A stretch of DNA of 64,000 bases from NCBI RefSeq assembly GCF_964355755.1, contig NC_092671.1:8680001-8744000 (forward strand), read 5' to 3'. The DNA comes from Antedon mediterranea. Taxonomy: Eukaryota; Animalia; Echinodermata. A program made the position numbers and the translations under genes. Shown in pieces: positions 13,582 through 25,925 of this stretch (position 1 is its first letter; each line of letters opens with the position of its first letter). The notes under the pieces were generated by a model, which made no database searches, was not told the origin of the DNA, and saw nothing but the letters and a program-made list of their open reading frames with translations.

Positions 13582-13685
13582 CTCGTGGAACAATGTGTAG
13601 CGTATGAAGCCGGATTGTCTTGATCTGAAAACGGCGGTAATTCCCCTTTCATCATCCAAATTCGAAACATGAACAAAGAACATAA
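13582..13685 (-). CDS. TMTC1: TMTC1-like coding exon 6 (start of DUF1736)
   Basis: tctttacag|TTA; LCSLFMFRIWMMKGELPPFSDQDNPASYATHCST (FSxxDNPAS motif); donor AG|GTAAAT; 104 nt. Confidence 0.93.
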
Positions 13686-13839
13686 CTGTAAAGATAGAAA
13701 ATAAATAATTGCAGATACGTCTTTATGAATGACAGCAATTCCTATTGTCTATGAGTCATTGAAATAATATGAGCTGGTTTTAATAGAAAAATTGATGATA
13801 CTTTAAAGTGCTATTTTTTTTATATTTTTTTTTTATTAA

Positions 13840-14088
13840 AGATAATTGTCCTCAAAAACATTTTTAAAAAATGAAGATAAATTCAATTAGACTTTTAATT
13901 TGTACGTTGAATTAAGTTTATCACTTTTGTAGAAAAAATTATGTTTTCATAAATGGTCAAATTCAACCATGAACCCATTATAAATTTTTCAGGTTAATAA
14001 ATTTTTGTTCACAGTGGATATTCTGTGACATAAGAAAAATATTCAGCAAAAAAAAACAAATTATTTTTTTTAAGGGGACAATACATCT
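13840..14088. mobile_element. Second copy of the TTAA-TSD MITE
   Basis: TTAA|AGATAATTGTCCTC ... GGGGACAATACATCT|TTAA; a third, eroded copy ends near 2786. Confidence 0.78.
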
Positions 14089-15624
14089 TTAAACATTGTA
14101 AAAACAGAGAAAATCATCATTAAATTTGGTTGATTGATTTAGGATGTTTATTTTTCGAATATTATTATTCTAAGAACTGATTTTAATGCCGTTTTCTTTA
14201 TTCATTATTTTCTTTGTTTCTGAATCTCTCGGCATTACACAAAGTGATTTCATTGACACTTCTATAGATTAAATAAATTTGTATTAACTCACAAATGTGA
14301 ATAGTTTGTTTGAATGCATTTATAAGAATGCAGAATGCAAACATATACTGTAAATTATACTATCTCTATGATGCAATGCTTATAAATAATAACATGGAAG
14401 CAGTGAATATATTGAATAAAGTTTACTTTAGTACAGAAAAAAATGGAATGTTAGGTTTGTTGAATTGAGAGAAAATGTTCATTATTTCAATCATGACTCT
14501 CACTATTCAACTCATAAACATTGTTTGTATACTGTGTTTCACAGTGATAATCAGGAAAGACAGAGTTCTGATAATACACATTTTTGACTGGTCTATTTAC
14601 AGTAGATTCTTCTATGAACACAAACAAATCATGATTAAAAATAATGGGCAGTATGAAATACTTTGGTTAGAATTTTTAGTAGGAAGATCGGCTAAAATAA
14701 AATAAATACTCTTACAATGTATTTTTTTTTTGTATTAATAGAATCATTATAAAATAATAAGAAAAACCTTTATCACTTTCATCAGACTTTTTCATCATTT
14801 GTTTCACATTACTATGTCATTTTAGTGTATGAAAAACAACCATTTTTTATTTGTAATCATAGTTGATTGATTCGTTTCGTAAATAATTTATTTTCTGTCT
14901 TAAAAATCTCCGCAAAATTGTATATGGATTATTATTATTTTAACAGATTACTTGGTAAGAAACACCTTTTTAATTCCATTTCAAAAAGCATGCAAGCGAT
15001 AAAGAATGCATACCTTACGTCATATGAGTATTAAATTGATTGCGAAAAGAATTGTAATCTCAGAAGGTGAGAATAAAATCATGTTTTAATGTCATGCATG
15101 ATCAAATTTGAGAATCGCGAAAGTATAGTGAGAAAATTGGAATACTAGAGGATCAAGGTACTAGAAATAAGTATTGATCTGATCTTAAAGGATTTAGGCT
15201 ATAATTAGGATAATCAAAAGTGGATAAAGTTGGATTAAACATGATGTTGTTAAGACTTGCATACGATACGATCAAAATGACATCACAGCTTTTCGAGAAG
15301 CCTAAGGTGCTTAGATTTTAAGACTGAGTTGATTATTGACGCTCGTTGTAATTGTAAAGTTAGTAGCCATAATTGAAGATAAACATTGATTTATGAAATT
15401 TAAGAAGAATATTGAGGAAGGTGGATATTGCAAATGAGATTTGATCTTCAGAGTGAATGGTTTGTTGAGCGGATGCGTGACTTATGTAAGATTTCATTTA
15501 TTTTTTAAATGAACAGTACTAATTAAACTGGCTACCTTTGTATGCTGTTCATACTTCAACATAATGCTCTGAGAAAAGTTTTATTTTAATGTTTATCTAA
15601 AGGGCAAACAAAAACAAATCTTAC

Positions 15625-15697
15625 AGTGATAAAACATGTAGCTCCTCTTTTCAGCAGCGGTGCACAATCCATCGTAATGCTTCGAGTCTGCACAATT
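15625..15697 (-). CDS. TMTC1: TMTC1-like coding exon 5
   Basis: ttattacag|A; IVQTRSITMDCAPLLKRGATCFIT; donor ACT|GTAAGA. Its 73 nt supply exactly the phase 2 to 0 bridge needed between exons 4 and 6. Confidence 0.8.
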
Positions 15698-16381
15698 CTG
15701 TAATAACAATAAACAACAAATGTGTTTTGTTTAAATTATAGTGCAACGTACTATCGTTTAATCGGTTAGTAGATTTCTCAGAGCACTTACTAATCACTGG
15801 AACATTTTCCAACAAATAAATTTCCGCCGACAGCATCTTCATTTCATTCATTTATATTTTGATAGCACGCTCAATTAACATTCAGTTAAATGCCATGGAC
15901 ATTTATCAACATCAGTTATTATTAAAAATATATTGATGTTGGAAAGCCTCATGATTATGATGTTTTTCAGCCTAATATATTGAACAAGCAGCTGGGTATT
16001 TATTAATACTACAGTACTTGCTAAGAAGGCTATACATTAACAAAATTGAAAGTTTTATCCTGGATATAGAATTATAGTAATTTAAGGCTGGTTTCCATAA
16101 AATTGATACAGCAATGATAAGGATTCTTTCTGTGCAAGAGCAGTCAACAACAAAAATTGGTTCTAGTAAATTACAAAATATATCAAGCTACATCTCTGGA
16201 GAGAATGGTAGAAGATGTTATATTACTTATACATTTCCTCAAGTTTATTTTCAGAAAATAAATATCATTCTATAAAGAAATCAAATATCTTGAGACATAT
16301 TTCATTAAAATTTAATGTCAAATCAAATTTATAGTGTAAAAACAAATCAAGTTTACGGTTCGATAAAGTATTTATGTTCAC

Positions 16382-16558
16382 CTTGTGATGCCTTTGTTAC
16401 ACAGAACAATCACGTCGTACGCTACAACGACGAGAAGACATGTAACGCCATGTTCTTTGATCAGCATACTTGTGGCCCCGAGAAAGATTGCGACAAGGAA
16501 CAATCCTGGTCTTGTGGTAGTGGGAAATCCACCTGGTATTTCATCTGTGGACACACTC
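16382..16558 (-). CDS. TMTC1: TMTC1-like coding exon 4
   Basis: tttcttag|G; SVSTDEIPGGFPTTTRPGLFLVAIFLGATSMLIKEHGVTCLLVVVAYDVIVLCNKGIT (MLxKExGxT...YD motif); donor AG|GTGAAC; 177 nt, phase 2 to 2. Confidence 0.9.
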
Positions 16559-18147
16559 CTAAGAAAGATTTGTATGATTGTGTACAGTAATGATTTAAAA
16601 ATAATGAAATTGAAGTCACTCTTTGGAAAACTCTGGGGTTACAGATAGTAACACTACTTTTGTATATAATATATACTGTGGGCAGATTTGAATCAAAGAT
16701 TTTGGGATTGTTAAGTTGCAGTCGACCAGTCACCACAACCACCTGTTTTTAAATTATGTTGTAATTTAGTTGTGGTTAGCTTTGTTTTGTCACAGTACAA
16801 AAAAAATTAAAATTACATTTGAGCTGTGAGTTTATTTTAATGAATATTAGTGTGTATTAAATAATCCAGAATTCTATTAATTGTCTAAAAGAAGGGGGAA
16901 CATGATGCATTAAACAAACATTATGCAGGTCGAAAACTTAGTTATATTTGAGAACATATAAAAATGTACATTTTGATGTCTAAAAGATGTTTACATAATC
17001 GCATCAAACCATTCTGTAGGTAATCTAGCTATCGACATTTGTAATAAAACACAGCGGGTTGATTTCAAAACCACTGATGTTTGGGAACTTAATCCGACAT
17101 AAAATACGCCATCAATACTAATTTAATTCTAGTCGGCTATAAGTACGACACATGAAACCAGGACGTTGTCAACATCTACACAGACTGTGTCACGTTGTAA
17201 GGCGTGCCTGTTTACGATCAAGGTATATGTTTCCAAAATCAATGTATCTTTACTATGAGTAGAATTACACCACGAAATTGAGCCTAATTGAACAAACCAA
17301 TATTATCCAACAATGTTGTATTTACTTGGACAAACTAGGTTTTACGTCTAGTTGTTCCAAAAGACTTTCATGCCTATTTCGTTTTATGATTTAATCGATT
17401 AAAGTATGATATCAATTGAAATTCCATCGTAAATTAGTTTGTTGTAAATAATGTTTTACTTATTCTAGTCAAAATTTTTCTAAAACTAGACATATTTAGG
17501 GGGTATTACCCCTCCGCACTTCATCCTTCAATATAATACGGCTGAAATTTCAGACTCTTAAATTAAGGCCATTCTTAGAGCAAAAACCATATTTTCTTAA
17601 ACTTAAATTATTCAATAAAAACGAGATTTATAGCAGCAACTAGTTTGTGTGTCATTCATTTAAAATAAATTATTTGGCATGTGTAAATTTTTTACAAAAT
17701 TGAGTTGTACCATTTAGTAAAATTTATGATACTTTATGATATAATTTGTCTAAATTATTACAGATACTTGGTAAAACTTATTTATGTCAAGTAAAGTGGG
17801 TTAAGCGTGGAAGTTGTTTTATATTATTTGATAAAGTATAACTATGTGTTCAGTAAAATAAAATCTTATTTGTTATTTATGCAATAATTTAAACATTTAA
17901 CAGTCAAAACAAGTATAAAAATTGAGAAAATTAAAAACATTTTTCCTTACTCTGGTAATATAGTACTGTACTCGGTACAATGAGAACATGTGAAAAAAAA
18001 AACAAAAAACAAAACTCCCTTCCAGATAACTGTAGGTCGAATTTAACCTGAGCTGAGGTGGTCTAGTGGTATGAACACCAGGTTAGTGATCATGGATTTC
18101 AGTTTGAATTAAGAATAAAATTTACATTTATTGCAAGAGTTACTTAA

Positions 18148-18499
18148 AGATATATTGTCCCCCTTAAAAAAATATTTTTTTACATTTTTTTGTTGAATAT
18201 GTTATTTTAATGTCACATAATAGTTATTCACTCTCACAAAAAATTGGGTCTGAAAAAAATTTATTTACCTGAGAAAATGTAATTTAAAGCAAAAAATGGT
18301 CAAATTGTCTGGAAGACAATGAGTTTTTGGGTAATTTAACTGTTTATTTTGTCTTTTTATAGGTGAAATAATTTGTTTCCCCCGTTTTTTGTTTTTTTTC
18401 TTATGGAAGTGAACAACTTCATTAAAACTGCAAAATGGCCTATTCAAAGTCCGATTTAAAAAATCTTTATTTTTCATGATTTTGGGGGACAATACATCT
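18148..18499. mobile_element. TTAA-TSD MITE (Kolobok-like)
   Basis: TTAA|AGATATATTGTCCCCC ... GGGGGACAATACATCT|TTAA. Confidence 0.85.
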
Positions 18500-18587
18500 T
18501 TAAAGTAGCTCTCTCTCCTACTTAGTATTTAAACCATGATAGTAGTCCTCAATATTAATCAGATATTGAAAATAAAAAGATTATTAC

Positions 18588-18661
18588 CGAACATAGAGGA
18601 ATATAGTTAATAAGAAAAATAAACACGCCAATATATCTGCTCTACCAACAACGCCAGCAAC
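18588..18661 (-). CDS. TMTC1: TMTC1-like coding exon 3
   Basis: ttgcag|GTT; VAGVVGRADILACLFFLLTIFLYV (family motif VxGxVGRAD); donor CG|GTAAT; 74 nt, phase 0 to 2. Absent from the ORF track. Confidence 0.93.
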
Positions 18662-18754
18662 CTGCAAGACAAAACAATAATTACAAATCAAAAAAATTAT
18701 TTAGATTCTAGAAGTAATTAACTATAATTAACAAATACATCTTTGAAAGATAAT

Positions 18755-18867
18755 TATGATCAGTATGATCAGTATAATCAGTATTATCAGTATATATCAG
18801 TATAATCAGTATAATCAGTATTATCAGTATATATCAGTATAATCAGTATTATCAGTATAATCAGTAT
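18755..18867. repeat. 9-10 bp tandem repeat (ATCAGTAT core), ~12 copies
   Basis: Directly visible atcagtata/atcagtatt/atcagtatg units. Confidence 0.9.
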
Positions 18868-19164
18868 TTTTAATGTTAATTCAATTTTAAATCAATTTTA
18901 TATTTTTTTATGGAATTGTCTGAAAATGAGACTTTTTTAACATTTTATTATATAATATTTTTTTATATTTAACTTTGCCTTAAGTTAAGATGGTCCAAGG
19001 ATCTATTGATTTTATTAACATTGTGGTTTATTCTTTTACAATATTAATATAACTGGTTGAGATAAATCAGATTAACATTAATATTTGATCTTCATTAACC
19101 ATAGCATGCAGACATATCACTATTTTACGCTAAATTCAGTTTTGTCTTAATGATGCAGAAATGT

Positions 19165-19312
19165 GACTAATTTATTTTGATAAATAAACAAGTATAAAAT
19201 GAATCAGCAAGAAACAAATTATTAAAATTAATTTATTTATTTTGATAAATAAACAAGTGTAAGATGAATTAGCAAGAAACAAATTAATAAAATTGATTAA
19301 TTTATTTTGATA
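19165..19312. repeat. ~60-bp tandem duplication (2+ copies)
   Basis: ttattttgataaataaacaagt...gaat(c/t)agcaagaaacaaatt repeated. Confidence 0.8.
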
Positions 19313-20149
19313 GATTCAGGCAAAGAAATAATTATTTACAGTTTACTGAGATTTTTAACCTTTACAATTGACTTTTACTAAAATAAGGTATTTTAAAAAA
19401 AAGTGATTATATAACTATCTGTATTATAATAACCATACTGAACTATACTCTATTCCTCAAGCCAAAACCTGGTTATACAGGGCCGTAGCCACCAATACGG
19501 TTGATAAGGTTTCAACCTAACCACTTTTTTCACAGAGGCTTTTGATAATTACCCATTGGCTTGAAAAAGATTGTTCCCTTTTTTGTGAAAACTGCATCCC
19601 TTTATATCGTGTGACTACATCATCACTGTTGTACAGTAGTTCTAAATCCTATGCATTCATTCACAATCAATTGTGTTTAAGTTTCAAACTCAAAAGCTCC
19701 AATTGGTCAATGTAAAATCTATTACTTTAAAAGAGCTTACCATAATAATCAAAAGATTTTAATATTAATCTATATTTTTGAAAAACATTCTGTTTTTATT
19801 AGAACAACTGTTTGTATCGCTAAAATTCTCTGCATTCAAAGATTACAGAAGGATCAGATGGACGCAATCATCAAACTAATCATTTAAGTACACCAACTAC
19901 TGATGTCTTTTGTGATGCTTAGAGATTTTATGTAGTTTCCATAACAAAATGATTCAATTGGTAGGGTTGTCATCCCAATGCAGTGAAAAACTGTCATGTA
20001 CCAGAGAACATAAAGGTAACCCCTACTCTAACGATACACTATGTTGTTGTAAGTCGGCGTTATCAAAACAAATTTGGTCTACCACCAGAACTATCAAACA
20101 TTTATACAGCTCCAATTCCAAAAATATGACCAAAGGTATTCTGAAATTT

Positions 20150-20312
20150 GCTAAATAAACAAGTTTTTAAATTAATTAAATGAATCAAAAGTGGGAGAGA
20201 GTTTGACAGGTGGGAGTTCGTTCCAAAAAGGAGCGTCCACCGTAGGTCTTAGTGCAGAAACAGGGAAACAGATCGCAATGATTTGTCAGAAGAGACGAGA
20301 TGGAACTACACA
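20150..20312 (-). mobile_element. Decayed L2 LINE ORF2 C-terminus
   Basis: Frameshifted minus-strand peptides VVPSRL..SSDKSL..TKTYGGRSF..WNELPPVKLSPTFDSF..LKTCLF match the typical L2 C-terminal pattern. Confidence 0.72.
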
Positions 20313-21782
20313 ATATAATACATTGATATCACCATCCTAACAATCTATATTATGTGAAACATGGTTGCATAATGGAAAAATTTCTCCATTAACACCACTT
20401 CATAATCGTACTAGGTAATTCCTCTATGGTGGTTGCACTATGGAGAAATTCTTCGATGCTGGTCACACAGTACTAATCACAACAGTACTACAGATTGACA
20501 ATTCATTCATTATATTAACTTTTTAAATTCCACCAAAATTAAAATCTTAGTCTAAATCAATAGTTATCATTTAATCTTTCATAATATACAAAGTATTTAA
20601 CTTTTGACTTTGGAGTAACAGAGCCTTTGTAAACATTCCTATTGTATTGTGAATACAAATCTTCATTGTTACAAATTCCTGATAGTTTAGGGCTGCCTGG
20701 CTAAACACACAGTTTACCATCATTTTATATAAATACCTTTTCGGTACAATTAATTCAATTGTATTTGATTTATTGTACGAGTCAGAATTATTATCAGGTT
20801 ACTGTAGGTAAGCATGTTCTTAGATTGTATTGACTTGGATGTTCCTCACTCTAAATCTTTATTTAGATTTTATAAGATCATAATGGGCCAAACAAAATTT
20901 CAAGACATGTTGTAATATATTGTACAAGTAAGAATAGAATTTTACTAGCTGCATTCTTTTTCATAATAAAACTCACTCAAGTTCTGCAAATTACCTTCTA
21001 TCATAAGCAATGTTTTAAAGATAGTAAAAATGATATATAACTGGAGTTGTTCTATTCTAAGGCAGGCGAATTTGCAAACATAACAACGCCGACAGGTCTC
21101 GTTATCAGTTTAGCCAGGTGCCGCAAACGCGTCATGATCCATATCCAAAATGTAGGTCATGTTTCAAAGACAGTAAAACCATAACGAAAACAATTAAACA
21201 TAATTTACAAGTATACGACATAATAAAACAAAATGTGTATTTTTGCACGCAATTTAAATATTAAACTCACTATTTACACTTTAAAAAATGTGGGTGCCCA
21301 AGTTTTTACGCATTATTGTATTTAGCTGAATTATAGCACCACGAGGCATAATTTGAGAAGCAACATTTATTTTTACTACAACTAACCAATTTTAGTAGAA
21401 TTCACGGTGATGATATCTTGCATATTTGTCTTATGCATGAAAATAAACTGAAACATTAAGATTTTATGCATGCTTTTAAAAGAGTAGAGTATAAATGTAC
21501 TGAACAATATCATCTGTGTAATTCATATTTAATTATTTCTTCTCTTTTAATACAAACAAAGGATGTATTATGACTCATAATAAATTAATATGGCAAAGTG
21601 ATACTCTTGAGTAATTAAGTTGAAAGTTTCTGGTACAAGAGTTAGCCAATTCTCGGTATTGCTTCTATGATTTCTGTATACAGTGACTGTATTACAGTAT
21701 GTTAAGGTCCTCTCCTATTATACTGAACAAATAATGCCATGTGGAGATACAGTACCAAGTGTAGTTTAAAATAGTTTCCTAA

Positions 21783-21942
21783 AGCTCTGTCTGCACTATC
21801 AAACTAGTTTGAAAACAAAAATGTAATGTGCCCAAATATGGTAGTGATATGCCCAAATATAGTAGTGATATGACTTCATCATCATCATGTCCATGTCACA
21901 TTTTTTTGTCACATAAAGTTTGATAGTGTAGACAGCAGAGCT
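21783..21942. mobile_element. Harbinger-like MITE family A (TIR AGCTCTGTCTACACTATCAAACT)
   Basis: TIRs at both ends; internal gtgcccaaatatggtagtgatatg; five copies in the window. Confidence 0.85.
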
Positions 21943-24900
21943 TTTACATTCATTTCAATATTTACACACACGGAGGTATATTTTGGTTGGAATGAAAAAT
22001 GTAAACCTCTTACAGAAATTGTGCCGAGGACACTCATTTGAGTTTAAGCATTGCACTTAATACTATAACAAATTACTATTAATATAAAACAATTAGCGAC
22101 ATGCTAGAAATGTCCTCTGTTTCAATGTGGACATACAATTTAAATGGATAACCTTTTCGTTAACTAGAACATCGTTAGGCTTTTACATCGGTAATTGTGA
22201 TTCTTTGATTTATATAGTATAGTAGATTTTGCATTTGATATTAATAGAACTCTAGGATGAAATTCGGTCATGGATTCCAAACATATGACTAATAACCTAA
22301 ATTAAATAACTGTACTGCACTTTAGTTAGGAAAAAAGAATTAAAAGCTTTTTTTTTAAAATTTAACTAGTGTTTCTAACCGAGTTAGTGTGTTAAGTTTT
22401 CAGACATTATTAATTAATGTTACTAGGTTTTTACAGGGAGCACAATTCACCGCAAACGTGCATAATAATGTCATAAATAATAATTAGATTTTGACACATA
22501 CAGATAATTCACAGTTAGTTAGTGCATTTTTCCTTGGTGTAGGCCTACAGTATAATTGTATAATCTCCAACTTATTTTTATTTATCAAAGAATGAGGAAC
22601 TCGTAAAACCTGACATTATTTCAGTCTAGCTGTCAAGGTAAATCCCAACAAATCATGGAAACTGAGGAAAACCCTGACAGCCAGAAATGACTTAACGATC
22701 TCTAACAAGACAGATCAATTTCACTTTCAGTTAATCTTCAATATTTATTGAATTATGGTAATTTAAGAAATGGTAATTTAAGAAAAATAAACTGTCACTA
22801 ATTAAATCAGATATTCATTAGACGTTTAATTGAATTTAATTATTCATTATTTAATCAGAGATGATGCCATTGACCTTCAGCACTGGAAACTTAAAAAAAC
22901 AATTAACATCAGCTAGAATGTAGTTTCCTGAACATGACATTTCCTAAGGTTGAGTGAGGCAATAGATGGGAATAATGTTGTCTAGAAATAGAAATTGTTT
23001 TTTTACTGGATTACATTTAAATATTAATGAATAAATGGCGGTAAATGAATATTGGTTTTAAATCCTTAAACAAAACCAGAAATTAATAATTTAGAAATAA
23101 AAAATTCTCAAATTTAATTAAAGAGAAATTTAATGTTCAAAATTATACAACAGTGACACTGGCAGTCTATGAATGAGTGCCGCTTAACTGGATAAACCAA
23201 TAACAGCACTTTCTCTCTCTCCCCAAAGATACAAAAAGAAAAAATCAATTGAGAACCCCTATCAGTTAATGGAGCTGGCCTCCAACTGTTGACCGTGCAT
23301 ATAGTTGGACCATTTTTTCATAAAGTCATCATGTTTGTAGTGGAAAAATATTAACCAAATGTATCACAAAATTTAAAATAGTGATTTGTTGTCAGTTTGA
23401 TTTTCACAAAAGTCAGAAAATTATTCAATCTATTGCTGCTAGTAATGACGCTGGTAATGACACAACAATGAACATTTTCCAACATATCAAACACATAACA
23501 ATAAAAGTGGGACGAATCCAAAATAAATCCGATAAATAATGACTGGACAAATGTGTACTTTATATTCAAAATACAAATCATTAAAAAAAATCCATTAAAG
23601 CGTGGATTTTCCCGTTAAGATTATCCGCAAATGATTGCAACTGACGACACGATATTTTAGCTGTTAATATTTTACTTTAAATTACCAAATGTTTCTAACA
23701 AAGAGTAATGGTACATGCCAGGAATAATTGAGTACTATGTTTCACCAACATTAAAGCGACTCCAAATTCCATGCTTTGCTGAATGTTCAAAATGTTAATA
23801 TTTTATAAATCAACGTTTTTCCAATTTGTGAATATGTGTTTTCTGATAGGTCTATAGAAAATATGACCATTTTAAAAATTATGTATTTTTCATAATATTT
23901 CTATTTTACTATAAATTAGGCCCAATGCTCATTTAAGGATTAAGTGGATTCATGAAACCTAAAATTAAAAGGACATTTCAGACTTTGTGATCCTCAAACA
24001 TAAACGATCAGTCTCTACATGAACTTGAATGGAATAGTATGGAACAATGATGAGGCTATCGGTACAGTCAACTGTAGAATTCTATTGACACAGTCAACTG
24101 TGTGCCTTTGTTCTGTCTATTGGCACAGAGAACTAGACATGTGGTTGACTGTTCAGGAAAAAACTCTACATTAGGTGCATGGTTAACCATGACAATAGAA
24201 AATAATAAATAAAATGCATGCGTTGACCATACCGAAAGACAATGAGAAAAAAAAAATGGAATTCTTCGTCTGTTTATATATACCTGTCTCTTTCAGACCT
24301 TTATCTTTCTTCAATGTATCATTTCTTTTATCATTATTTCAAGTTTGATATATTTCATAAGACAACATGCACTATAGAAAAACAATAATAGAAAATAGCT
24401 ATAGAAAAAAATCACATTGAGAAAATCTAAATAAAATTTCTTTAGGTAATCTTAGACAATGTAGGTTAGGTCAGGAGGCATTAAACGAATGATGATAATT
24501 TAACTTTCGAAAAGCAGCAGGAATATTATTTACAGCTAAAAATTCAAGCCGAGTAGAAAATGTAAAAGTGAAATGCGTAGGTTTGTTTTAAAATTGCACA
24601 ATTATAAACAAGAGTCAGTACACATACAAATGAAGAGATAGTGCACTATTATACAAACAGTTTAAAAAGATATAGTTGACAATACTAACAAAGACACAAA
24701 TATTGTACAAATACAAATAAGAAAGACAATGCACTATTATTTACAGCAAATATTTGTCGACATGTTAACAAGATTAGAATGCGAGCTTGAGAAAACTCCC
24801 TATTTAATATACTGTAAGAATAGTAAAAAGCCTATGTTCAAATTCTTTATTCAGGGAAGGTTGAAACCATAATGTGAATAGATTTGATGTACAGTTAGAC

Positions 24901-25689
24901 TAGAGGCCATTATAATAAAAATTAATTATTTTAATACATTCATTGTATTATTTAATATAATTATTATAACAAATGGCGACTGACCCAAGTGGAATTATTA
25001 GTTTTCAACAACCACGATAATGAGATGAATGGTTGTCTTTTTATAGGATAATAGAAACTTATGTATGACCGTTTCAGTCGCTTGAAGCCACCATTAAAAA
25101 AGGTATAGCTGTTTAATACTACTAGTGACCGAAACAATCATGTCAATTTCTATTAGTTTTCAATATGTTTAAAGAATAACATTATTCTCAATCGTCAGAA
25201 AGAAAGATTGTGCCAACAGAAACATTACTTTCAGACGTGCCTATACTTCACTTCCATTGCCTCGTCATTCAGATGGGATGTCTAGTTGTTGGTCTTACTG
25301 TATATTGTTTATCTGGTGTACTGCAGATCAAGAATGGCTGTTTAGTTGTGGTGCCTACTTGACTCTAATTATTCGGTTTATTGTAATAGTATACATTTTA
25401 GTATTGTTCCACGCCCGATATACCATACGTGGTATAATATGCAAAAATTACATGATAAAATTCAATTAAATTCAATTTAATTTCTTTATTGCTGCAAATG
25501 CCATCAAGGGCTAATATCCGCTTAAACATACTACATCATACAAACATAATTATACATATTTACATTTAAAATTTAACACATAAAAATTATAGTCATTACT
25601 ACTGTAGTAGTTATTATTTATAATTATTGTAATTATTTTTAATGATTATTGCTATACTTATTATAATAATTAATAAAAGTGAACGAATT

Positions 25690-25925
25690 ATAGGTTACAT
25701 CTTAAGGGCAGTTTTAATGTCAAGCACAGAAGAGGAAGACACGTTAAGATGATAAGATTGATCGAGTGAGAGTGAGTGAGGTAGAGTAGAGTGAAGAAAA
25801 TGAGTAGTATGTCCTTTAAAGAGAAGATGAGAAGAGTGTCAATTGTGGGGAAGGACCATAGACATATTACGAACAGGAGGAAGAAATGGACAAAGAGGGT
25901 GTTCAGGGGACTGCATGATGGCACA
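25690..25925 (-). mobile_element. Decayed CR1/L2-like 3' fragment
   Basis: Purine-skewed stretch; FFLLFVICLWSFP resembles SFFxRxIxLWNxLP. Confidence 0.45.

Noticed and set aside
16315-16742. Cys-rich plus-strand ORFs and the 16461-16742 ORF
   Set aside because: Shadow frames of TMTC1 exon 4.
18045-18112. tRNA gene
   Set aside because: An A-box-like TGGTCTAGTGG is present, but the B box is degenerate and no cloverleaf forms. At most a decayed SINE head.
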